From Octopus sinensis (lineage: Eukaryota): a stretch of 64,000 nucleotides of DNA. Under the pieces are notes generated by a model. The model did not search any database. It was not told the DNA's origin and saw only the letters and a list, made by a program, of their open reading frames with translations. The stretch is from contig NC_042998.1 in the NCBI RefSeq assembly GCF_006345805.1, positions 165,540,001-165,604,000 on the forward strand, given 5' to 3'. Each line of letters begins with the position of its first letter. Within the stretch, counting starts at the first letter, position 1. A program made the position numbers and the translations under genes. This document shows, in pieces, positions 52,743 to 64,000 of this stretch.

Positions 52743-53416
52743 TACACCGGGAGAATCACTCTACCGATAAAATCATACATACGCTGACTGGGAGTCACTT
52801 TTTACAATTATTATTCATACGTTATATAATTAATCATAATTAATCAATTGATTGGTTAATTAAAGCCTTTCATCACACGCCTGTGATCTTTCTGAAAATT
52901 CACAACACATCTGTAAGCTTTTCCAGTCTTTGTAACCTTTGGTATTTATATGTATTAAAGTATATAAGTTATTGTGTTCGCCCTGTATATCACGTTCAAG
53001 GTACATGTGTGTGAGTGTGTGTGGTGTATGCCGGTATGTTCTAGAGTGTGTTTTTGTACTTCTATTTTTGCTCCCCTCCCCCTCGTAGTATATTTTAATA
53101 CAAAAACAAAATCTGCATTAAGTAATGAATGAATGAATGAATTAATTAATTAATGATAAAGTAAAACATAATAAATGTGTACAATTTTTTATTGAAATAC
53201 CCTCTCAAATTACAACATGTATACTTCCTTGTTTCACTCATTAGGTTGCGGTCGAAAGTTATAACAGATTAAGTTGCCTCAGTTTAGTGTAAGGGTTAAA
53301 TCTGATATTTCTTCCACACTTCTCTCTTTGCCGAACATAGGGACATAAACAAACCAACACGACTTTTCAAAGTGATAAACACAATGATACACGCACACAC
53401 ACATACACACACGCTC

Positions 53417-53517
<101 letters not shown>

Positions 53518-53561
53518 CACTCATTCTCTCTCGCACACACACTCGCGCACGCGCACACACA

Positions 53562-53880
53562 CAAGGTGTTTGGGCTAAGTTTGACAGTTTGCATAAAAGG
53601 AAAATAAAGTACAATATCCCATCCAAAAATAAAATATTTTTTAAAAAATCAAAAAATATCACCTGTATTATGGCTGGAAGGTTACAGTTTCTTCAGCGCA
53701 GTCGACCTTAGCTCCTGCTACGGCCTGAAGTGGATCCGGAACCCGGCGCATGCATTCCTCACATTGTCCATAGGAAGATCAACCAACACCTCCTTGATCT
53801 TGACCACCAGTTCAGCCTTGGTGTTGCTGGCAAAGCGGCTGGTGTTTTTCTCATATAGTAATCCACGAGATTACAATGGG
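53562..53880 (-). mobile_element. 3' fragment of maT/DD37D-like element
   Basis: CNLVDYYM..EKNTSRFASNTKAELVVKIKEVL..VRNACAGFR; terminus CAAGGTGT resembles CAGGGTGT at 7216. Confidence 0.7.
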
Positions 53881-54489
53881 AGGAATTAAAAAGCCAGAAA
53901 TTGGGTCTGGTGAACTTGTAGAAATGCTCAGACAACCACTATATATATAGTTCAGAGATGGGAATTAGATATTCTCCGTATAGAATACACTTAGTAGTGC
54001 TCAAGAGAGTTAAACTTGAGCGGGTATAGAAGTAGAGGTAGGGATAAGTTAGATAGATCAATTAATATATAAAGAATATTGAATACATGAAATACAAAAA
54101 AATGTATATTTGTTTAGATACGCAAGGGTCCAACTTACACAGAATACAAATGATGTAGAAAATTAAAGGGATTGAAGAAAATTATTACAACTCCAACAAC
54201 TTTTTCTGGGGACTCGGTGATCCAAAATAGTAGTTGTAGATTGATTCCATCGTAGGATGAAACGAGCTCCTGTCTTCAGGGAAGAGGTCTTACATTTGAG
54301 GTCTTAAGGGAAAGAATTTCAAAGATGGAATGATTTTGTGGAGAGCTAAGTGTATTAGAGGTGGTGAATTCAGGAGATATTCAGATAGGGAATAGGAAAT
54401 ATAATTGTGTGTTGTGTGTGTGTGTGAGTGTGTGTGTGTGTGTGCGCGCGCGTACGTGTGTGACTTTGTGTCTGTTTTTGTCCCCCCCC

Positions 54490-54690
54490 CCCACCGCTTG
54501 GCAATCAGTCATATTGTGTTTACGACACCCCGTAACTTATCGGTGTGGCAAAAAGTCTAATAGTATAAAAACCAGGCTAAAAAAAGGAATAAATAAGTAC
54601 TGTACTGGACCGATTCGTTCGACTAAAATTCTTCAAGGCAGTACCCCAACATGGCCGCAGTCTAATGACTAAAACAAGTAAAAGATAAAG
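54490..54690 (+). mobile_element. SINE family B 3' tail
   Basis: ccaccgcttggcaatc...caacatggccgcagtctaatgactaaaacaagtaaaagataaag. Confidence 0.7.
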
Positions 54691-56648
54691 GTTATATATA
54701 TATATACATATATATATATGTTTTGAATATGCAAATAAAGCTCCTATTCCATTATGTCGTCCACCGTCTAATAATGCTGGCTAGTGAGGCAGTTTTTCGG
54801 CTTGCAATATATATATATGTGTGTGTGTGTAGTGTAGTGTTAGTATTTCTTAAATGTAAGTACATGAGAGATAGAACTATGTGTGTGTGCGTGTGTGTGT
54901 GCCTGTGTGTGTGTATCTTCTGCTGAGATATTTTCATTGAGCGTTTAAGCTAGGAGTTAATGTTTAGATAGACACATGCTTGTGTCGGTGGACTGTTTAG
55001 AAATTGCTTTGTGGAATTTGTCAAGGTGACACATAAACGCTATTTACAATCATGTCATTGTACAACCTACGAACAACCAACCTTTTTTTATGCAGCGTGA
55101 CAATTTCAAATATTTTACTTGATTTAACAAGAATACTTGAACTACTTTCGTTCTATGTAACCGATGTATATGCTTTATAAATTTGATAATTTTATTCAGT
55201 AGCTTCATGCACCTATATGAAATATCTGTATGGCCTTTCCTACCGCATGAAAAATATATATACTTTGTAATTAAACAACTAACTTATTTTTAGCCAATGA
55301 AAGCTTTCTGCTAGAAATGTCAGTTAAGAGGAAAGAGACTCATCTGCTTTCTTTTATTTCATACCCGAGCGTCTTTAATAAATTGGGAGAATTACATAAC
55401 GTAAGGTAGTCCAAGATACATAGTGTCGCCATGAATAAAACATGAAATATAGGTTGCAGTTATAACACTTTTGATTACATGTCTACGACATGAGAGATGA
55501 ATGACCCGAGCTAGACAGCAAAAACAACTGAAATCTAATTTGCTCTAAAATTGCATAAGCGAAACAGCAAACGAAGTCTTTTAGTCTTATTTTTACACCA
55601 AATAACTATTTCCAATTAGATTCTTGTTATTCGTCACATTAAATATGTTAACACTAACTTAACTGAAGATTATTTTCAAGATCTTAACTGAAATATCACG
55701 CTCCAAAAAGTTCATGAATAAATACAATAACATCAGTACAACAAACATGCCCCTTATATCATTGGTGTATGTGACAACATTAAGCGATTATATGCTACGA
55801 TTTAATCATATAAATAAAGAAAATAAAGAAAATGAAATATTCCTTTCAGAGAAAGACATTCAAAAGAAGTTAGAATGGCGCTTTAAATCTAGTAAACAGC
55901 ATCTGTTTACAATTACAAAATATGAAATTTCGGTATCAACCTATAAAAGATATGTTTGTTGATTTCATAATTGATAAGAGACTTTATTTTTCTCTCTTAT
56001 TACATTTATTCGCCAACATTATTAAGAAGCTAACTATATGCATATGAATATCACTATTACATGTTGGATCAATTAAAAGGTTTATTATTTGGCCGCTTGA
56101 AGAAAAACGAAATACGTTCTTATTCACCTCTCACTATCTGAATCGACCTATTCATTTTACTTTTCTCTTCTTACACATACATATTCAACAAAAATAGTCG
56201 GGCGCAAATATAAGCACAGAGCTGGGTAAATGCATTTATAAACACACAGAGACACTGATATATATCTCATACATATGCAGATAATATTATGTAAACATTA
56301 AATTTATGATGGAATATAATGCTCTCAAACTACTTATTATGTGTTGACGTCCTTACAGTGAAATTAATGTTCCCTCTTCAATCTAACAGTTAGGTAGGTA
56401 TCAATCGGATTCCGGAAATTTATATGGAAGTCGTCAGCAGACATATGTTTGCCAGATGGAAACATATCTGTCAAGCTTTTCTTAATTAGGCATGAAACCG
56501 CGAAAAATAAAATTTAAAACGTAATAAATAATAATGAATTAATTGCGAAGGTTTTAATGTAAGTGATATTAGAAATTTTAAGCAAAAAGTCAACATGTGT
56601 TGCTCTTTTCTGTCTGAAATTGGTGCTTGCAGAGAGTAATATATATAC

Positions 56649-56698
<50 letters not shown>

Positions 56699-56707
56699 AT
56701 ATATATA

Positions 56708-56748
<41 letters not shown>

Positions 56749-57329
56749 CATGTATGTATGTATGTATGTATGTATGTATGTATGTATGTATGTATGTATG
56801 TATGTATATAAATTTTTTTCGGAATGAGATAAAAAAAAACCGAGGCTGTGAAGATTTTAGAACATTTATAAATAGGTCTTACAGCTGTTTCCAGGATATT
56901 TATTATATCCCTTCGTCGGAGACGGTGTGAGAAAATTGTTGAGCAATAGTTAATTTAGATAAGATACGAAATAGAGAGTGAAGTGAAGGAATGAAAATAG
57001 CTGTAAGATATGCAGGAATATTGCATTTGTAGATGCATTATTTAGGCAGAATGGTATACATATAAGATTCCAATACCTTCTGAGTAAAATACAATAGTAT
57101 TTAAATATATATATATATATATATATAGTAGAAATATGTTACGAAAAGAAAATATAAAATACAAGTGGAAATGTAAGGGTAAAATATGAAAAATCAACGA
57201 AAATGCACATTGCAAATAGAAAAAAGGTTATTTATGACAGGTAACGACAAAGATATACCTTTAGATTGACTACGAGTCGTAAAAGTCATTATTATGAGAT
57301 GATTATAAGATGATAATAAAGTAAGAGAA

Positions 57330-58518
57330 CAAAACAAACCATGGTTTCGGCAAAATTATTCATCGTTTGAACAACACCGGTTAATACACGGTGTCAGGTC
57401 TAACAGTTCCTGAGAAAAAAGAGTATTTGTAAGGGAGGTAAGTAGTTCTGGATTTAGAGATGTGAGTGGTGTAGGAAGTGTATAGGGTTTAGTGGTTTCA
57501 ATTGAAGAGTTAGTGGTGTTCTGTATTGAGTTGTGTGTTCATATTTAGTTGGGGGAGAAATTTATTGATGAAAAATGCCTCTTTATTCAACTTTTGTTGC
57601 ATTGTGGTGTTCTGTGAACATTGGTAAAAATGAAATATTTGGAAATTGAGATTAAGATTCCTGGCACATCTTTCTATGTGTTCACTCACATTTAACTGTC
57701 TGTATTGTGGGTGACGGATTTGCTCTTTGTGAATGGTGATTCTTTGACGGAGCGAAATTCCTGTTTGTCCAATATAGTTTACCACATCCTATGCATGTCA
57801 TGACATAGATTACATTTGCTGAGGCGCAGGTGAAATTTGATTTGATCTTAAATATTTATCCTTGTTTGAATTGGAATTCTGAACCCTCCAGAAGGTGGGG
57901 GTATGTTCCACAGTTAGAACGTCCACATTTTGTCCCTTTTGGCTCAATTGTTAGTGGGTAAAGTCTAGCGCTGGTTAATATTTTTTCAGTGACTTGGGTT
58001 GCTTTTTGCTTTTTATAATTTTATATGAGCTTAAAATTTTGTTCATTGTTTTGTCTGCTGTGAGGATGGGAAGGTTTTGGGTGATGGTGTTGAAGGCTTC
58101 GTTGTTTCTGGGGTTATGTGCGGAGATGTACGGGAGTATTTTTAAGTCTTGTTTAGTATTTCGGCTAGTTTTCCTTAACCTTTGTATATCTATTTCCTTA
58201 GCTCTTTTTATGCCTTCATTTACTAATGAGTTTGGGTAATGTCTTTTAGTTAGTGTAGATCTAAGTTCAAGGAGTCTATGTTCTCGAGTGTATGTATCGG
58301 AAACTATGGTGCAGATTCTTTTTGCTAGGTTAAAGGGTATGTTGATTTTTATGTGTTTGGGGTGGCAGGAGTTATATAATAGGTATTGTTTCGAATCTGT
58401 GGGTTTATAAAAGATGTCTGTTTCTATGTGGTTGTTAACTATTCTCATTAAGATGTCTAGAAAAGGGAGTTGCTTACTGTTGTGTTCCATAGTGAATTGT
58501 ATATTGCTGTGTATGTTG

Positions 58519-58520
<2 letters not shown>
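57330..58520 (-). mobile_element. 5'-truncated Penelope-like element (RT thumb region plus GIY-YIG endonuclease)
   Basis: IQFTMEHNSKQLPFLDIL..IFYKPTDSKQYLLYNSCHPKHIKINIPFNLAKRICTIVSD (PLE RT C-terminus); KCGRSNCGTY..NVIYVMTCIGCG..NYIGQTGISLRQRITIHK..EH (GIY-YIG). Confidence 0.93.
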
Positions 58521-58550
<30 letters not shown>

Positions 58551-58738
58551 CAACATACACAGCAATATACAATTCACTATGGAACACAACAGTAAGCAAC
58601 TCCCTTTTCTAGACATCTTAATGAGAATAGTTAACAACCACATAGAAACAACATCTTTTATAAACCCACAGATTCGAAACAATACCTATTATATAACTCC
58701 TGCCACCCCAAACACATAAAAATCAACATACCCTTTAA

Positions 58739-58740
<2 letters not shown>
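58328..58740. repeat. ~192-bp near-perfect inverted repeat with (TA)n spacer
   Basis: Arms 58328-58520 and 58549-58740; the visible difference is a 1-nt indel (gaaacagacatc vs gaaacaacatc). Confidence 0.95.
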
Positions 58741-58781
<41 letters not shown>

Positions 58782-59229
58782 TAATTTTCTTACACTCTCC
58801 AAAAGAACAGTAAATAGCCATGAATCGAAACCGAATAATTTATGCTGCTCAATCTACATTATCTTCAGTGCACAGACAACAGCTAGAGGTATGACTGAAT
58901 TGCTACACGGATGCAAAACTTTATTGTGAGACCATATCAATGAATAGTATTAAGCTATCCAGTACATTAAGCAGATACTGAAACAGGTTCGCAGTCTCTG
59001 TTTGTTACGAGCTTCTTTCATGTTCTACTCTGATTCCTCGTCTTATAAACAACGTTCGCACGTTTGGGTATATCGTTGGTAAACACATAATAACTATAAA
59101 CTATATTTGTGCTTAACTTGAAAAATAAATGGAAATTTCTTCGGAGAAATTTTTAGCGTCGATGATAATCGACTAGTTGTTCATTTCTAGAAGATACTCG
59201 GGCCGGACTCCATGGATAATTTCCAGAAA

Positions 59230-59600
59230 TCGCTGACTTCGCCAGGATAGTGCTCGAGCATTGCTGACTTATGCTATCCTGTTTAGAAGGGATCCGACTA
59301 TCGGCCGATTCTATCGTGAAGAACGCGCTATCGCCTTCCTTTGAAAGGGCAGGATATTTTTCCCTTTCTTATGTCTCTTGCAAAAGAGGCTGTTTGGAAG
59401 GCGAAACAAAAATAGCTGAAGAGAAATACTTTCTTTTTTGGTCAAGCCCTCATCGATTTTTTCAAGTTCCGCACGTGAGGGAAGAGAGAGATGAGCTGCC
59501 CCCACCCTCCACTCAGTAAATTCGTGAAAAGATGGATGAATGTTGTAATGATGAGCCCCGAGTGAATGAACCAACTCTAAGCATGTACCTGTAAGCTTAA
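59230..59600 (+). mobile_element. Probable L1/Tx1 ORF2 C-terminal fragment
   Basis: LSADSIVKNALSPSFER, then after a frameshift FLMSLAKEAVWKAKQK*LKRNTFFFGQALIDFFK..FVKRWMN. Confidence 0.55.
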
Positions 59601-59655
59601 GAATACAGAGGAGAATATTGACCTGAATTATTTCGGCCTAGCGGGAAAATAAAAG

Positions 59656-59721
<66 letters not shown>

Positions 59722-59828
59722 ATTATTATTATTATTATAATCAAGTACCAGTTGAACACTGGAGTCAATGTAATCGACACATCCCCTCCCCATAATGGTT
59801 GCCCTTGTGGCAAAATTTGAAACTATTA

Positions 59829-59889
<61 letters not shown>

Positions 59890-60678
59890 CGTCATCATCA
59901 TCAGTATCAGTCCAAAGCTATGACATGCTAATTCAATTAGCAGGGATGTTATAATGTGGTTTGGTGACGACAAGTCTCCTCAAATCTGTTTAATGTTTCT
60001 TGGTATTATAGTAAAATACAAGACTGCACTTTTCTGTAGATCGACAACGAAAATTTGAATCCGAATATCCTCAAGCCTCTCTTTGGGTTTTGCGCAAACT
60101 GAATCTACTACCACAGAAACAATTGCTGTTTTAGTTTTCTACAATATCTCTGGCGAGGTCCTGATGTTTTACAGTTTTTACAACTTATTTGATATCATTT
60201 CTATTATCATACGTTATAGCAAAATCCATGAGCTTACTCTGTATGTTTCTTTTGTCCTCTGTAATAATATCTGGTCTGCTTGCTTCTATATTATATTTTA
60301 TTGTTATAATAACATATTGTTTCCCCGAGAATGCAGAGTTGTCATTCTAGGAGTGGTTTCTCTAAGCGTTCGAAAGTACCAGAAGAAAGTTTTGAGCTTA
60401 TAATTTTGATGATCATAGGTTTCCATGCACATATCGAAATATGTGGCTGTATCCTATCAATAATGATACTGACATTTGCAATCTGTGCTTTGACATTTCG
60501 AAAAGGAATATTTTTTAGGAAAACTTGTCATCTTTTCAATATTTCATAATCTTTGTTTTTTATTTCTGTTTGTTTTCCTTCTATGTTTCTTGTCACTTAC
60601 ATTTCCATATCATTTATTTCCAACGTTGCTATTTCCCACTACTCTTCTGCTTTCTTTCTCTCCCTCCTCCTCTCCTCC

Positions 60679-60710
<32 letters not shown>

Positions 60711-61508
60711 CTCTCTCTCTCACTCCCTCGTTCGCTCATTCTATCCTCTTTTTGTCATCCTATCGGTTTCAATCCTTTCCAATTCTTAGAAACGTCAAGA
60801 GAAATTTCTCTCTGTCAGTTACATCCTTTGTGAATGAAATCTCGGGAGTGTCAACACAATTACTACCCCTGCTAGAAAGAGTAAGCAAACCTCCCTCAAA
60901 TCCCAAATTACTTTTTAAAAAACAAAAGAGAAAAGAAAATATATGATGAATATTATAATCCTATATAAAGTTTTGCTTGACAAGAATGACATAAAATAAA
61001 AGGCGAATGGCCTATGCGAGATGTTCTTTGATCATGATCTCACTAATTCGAGTAGGACTGATCTGGTCTTAAATAGTTACAATCAATATGAAATATCAAC
61101 CAAATCTCGTTCAAATCACACTCTACAGCCTTTAAAAAGGACACATTCAACGATATAATCTTATATCATTCGACGATATAATCTCATCTCAAGATCAGTA
61201 ACAGATATGTTGCAACTCACAAATGGGTATCTGGGGTATTGTCTGTAGGAAAAAGATATTTTCCTAAAAATGTTCCGATTTAACGTATTTGTCACTGAAC
61301 AGTTGATAGCATTTCGCTAGTCTTTTGTATAAAAAGAAATTGTATTTAAAAAATGGTTATTTTTACTAACATAAGCATTGTCAATGATGGAAATGGTGGG
61401 GATCGACACATGGGGGCGGAAAGTTTCTGAAATTTATAGAGAAATTCGGAGGATTGCTTTGATTCATTGTCACGTTTTCAGGAGACATCCCACGAGCAGC
61501 ATTCGACC

Positions 61509-61539
<31 letters not shown>

Positions 61540-61659
61540 GAAAAGTGCGTTTCAACACAATATTTACATACTATTTATTACAGCATTGAGTGTATTTCGA
61601 GATATTCAAAAACGAGTTAGTTCACGTTCTATCGGAAGTTTATAAAATTTTGACTTCAA

Positions 61660-62201
61660 CAATATATATATTATTATGTATATTATATATTATATATGTA
61701 TATATATATATATATATATATACTATAGATGATATATATTATATAGTATTACATATTATATTATATATGCATATAATATATATAATATATATATATACAT
61801 TATATATATTATATATATATATATATATCTCTATATATATATATATATATACATATATATATAATATTATATATATATATCTATATATATATTTAACATA
61901 GATATATATAATATATATATATATCTATTATATATATATATATATATAAAATAAATTTAGGGTGTCCACTTTTCATGTGCAGTCCTTAATTTGTATATAT
62001 ATACTATATATATATATATATATTTACATATAAAATATATATAAAGTAATTTATAAGTAAAATAAAAACAATTTTAAATTTAATAATTTAAATTTTAGAA
62101 TTTTGTAAATTATATTAGTTATTTTTATTTTTATGTTTTGGTTTAGGTTTTTCACTGTTTGATTTGCCTAATAGTAGGTTATCTCTAAATTTTTTAATTT
62201 A

Positions 62202-62283
<82 letters not shown>

Positions 62284-62402
62284 TAGGCATATTTTATATA
62301 TATATTATATATATATATTATATATTATATATTATATCATATATTAGTATATAATTATATATATATAAGAATATATATAATATATAGTATTTATATATAA
62401 TA

Positions 62403-62444
<42 letters not shown>

Positions 62445-62820
62445 TATATATTATATATATAGATATTATATATTATATTATATATATCATATTATATATA
62501 TATAATATATATACGACAGGCTTCTTTCAGTTTCTGTCTACCAAATCCCACTCACAAGGCTTTGGTCGGTCCGAGGCTATAGTAGAAGACACTTGCCCAA
62601 GATGCCACGCAGTGGGACTGAACCCGGAACCATGTGGTTGGTAAGCAAGCTACTTACAACACAGCCACTCCTGCGCCGATATTATATATATATATTTATT
62701 CATATTATTAATAATTATATATATATATATATTATATATATATTATATTATATCTTATATATATATTATATATATATATATATTTTACATAATATATATA
62801 TATATATATATATATAATCC
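61660..62820. repeat. Long degenerate (TA)n-rich tract interrupted by a SINE
   Basis: Direct reading. Confidence 0.9.
62512..62680 (-). mobile_element. SINE family B head/body (well preserved)
   Basis: Reverse complement: ggcgcaggagtggctgtgttgtaagtagcttgc...catggttccgggttcagtcccactgcgtggcatcttgggcaagtgtcttc. Confidence 0.85.
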
Positions 62821-63294
62821 TCCATGCCATCTCCAGCTCTTCAGTTTTCTGTAGGGATGGACAGTAAAAGTTTGGATGATGAGTGTGCATCTAGGCTTTT
62901 TCAGAGGTCTAAGTGGTTAGGAGGGCCAACAACATGCTGGTAATACATGTTCTTTGTCTATCTCCTTATCCTCTTGGTGATTTGGGATAAAATTATACAA
63001 ATGAGTCCTTCGAATTTAGCTAAATTCTATATTTTTATGCACTGAAGATTGCTCTACATTTTAAATTGACGTAATGTTTGCATTGTTCAATTAAATGGAG
63101 TCGCATGTTACGATCGTACTGCATTACCTATGGATATCCTTGTTGCTTATTTTAATTATAATCACCTTATTTTAAATTATATGGATAATACCATACTAAA
63201 TTCTGGTGCCTTCAACTTAAGTATCATAATTATCTGAATCTAAATTTTACTGAACTTTAATATATATATATATATATATATATGCAATATATTC

Positions 63295-63435
63295 GACTAG
63301 CTTCTTTCATATTTCGTCTACTAAATCCACTCACAAGGCTTTGATCGCCCCGAAGCTATAGTAGAAGGCACTTGCCCAAGATGTCTCGCAATAGCACTGA
63401 ACCCGAAACCATGTGGTTGAGAAGCAAGCTTCTTA
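63295..63435 (-). mobile_element. SINE family B head/body
   Basis: Similar to 62512-62680. Confidence 0.8.
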
Positions 63436-63660
63436 TTTCTTTATTGCCCACAAGGGGCTAAACATAGATGGGACAAACAAGGACAGACAAAGGGATTAAG
63501 TCTATTACATTGACCCAGTGCGTAACTGGTACTTAATTTATCGACCTCGAAAGGATGAAAGGCAAAGTCGACCTTGGCAGAATTTGAACTCAGAACGTAA
63601 AGGCAGACGAAATACCGTTAAGCATTTCGTCCAGCGTGCTAACTTTTCTGCCAGCCCACC
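63436..63660 (-). mobile_element. SINE family A monomer (tail variant ttgtctgtccttgtttgtc)
   Basis: Corresponds to the first half of the dimers at 25079 and 33713. Confidence 0.85.
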
Positions 63661-63710
63661 ACAAACTTCTTACCATACAGTCACTCTATTTTTTTTCAAG
63701 AATAGTGTTG

Positions 63711-63756
63711 ACAAGTGACTTCGAAGTTTCGACCAGCTTAGCCTTCATCGGACTGT
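63711..63756 (-). ncRNA. Minimal type-I hammerhead motif, U4C variant
   Basis: Minus strand: acagt CCGATGA a ggc taagctg gtc GAAA cttcgaag TC^ acttgt; palindromic stem III ACTTCGAAGT, GUC site. Confidence 0.6.
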
Positions 63757-64000
63757 GGTATATCTGAGTTTATCTTGGCTTTATATAGACTCTTTTTTCT
63801 GGAGTAGGTGGAGTACTGAGGAACGACAATTAGATTATAGGGGGAATTCTGATAGAAAGATATTATAGAATCATTTTTATTCATAAAAGTTAGAGTTGTG
63901 TAACTGTCCAAGATTCAGTCATGCACGTAAAACTTTATAATCAGGTGTATATGTTTAGGTGCGTTAGCTTCAGGTATTGGGGTTGTTTTTTAGGATTCAC

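Noticed and set aside
57335-57375. Hammerhead-like remnant at the Penelope 3' end (ACGATGA...GAAACCATGGT, minus strand)
   Set aside because: Two core changes and no convincing stems I or II; the position is suggestive only.

Overview
AT-rich, repeat-saturated eukaryotic DNA (intronic or intergenic). The mix of microsatellites, tRNA-derived SINEs, Penelope, mariner and Helitron remnants looks like a coleoid cephalopod (octopus-like) genome; this is inferred from the repeat landscape and not verified. No intact host gene could be identified, and most ORF-track entries are microsatellite translations. Decayed transposons recognisable from protein motifs or termini are an L1/Tx1-clade LINE, an R4/Dong-type LINE end, an RTE LINE, a Penelope-like element, mariner, maT/DD37D-like Tc1-mariner, hAT, Helitron and a piggyBac-like MITE, plus three SINE families. 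Two signals stand out. (1) Six minimal type-I hammerhead ribozyme motifs of unrelated sequence, most with a palindromic stem III, found by manual base-pairing. Three have intact cores: one in a 429-bp partial-tandem retrozyme/pLTR-like unit (39563-40246), one in an 84-bp foldback (20398-20671) and one standalone at 48785-48871. (2) A ~480-bp inverted duplication (21228-21705 / 23764-24247) whose identity peaks at 61 perfectly matched bp over a 54-nt exon-like segment (AG...GT, single open frame). It could be an exon plus an intronic exon-complementary sequence of the kind that guides ADAR editing or controls splicing. Repeat boundaries are approximate unless TSD/TIR positions are given.
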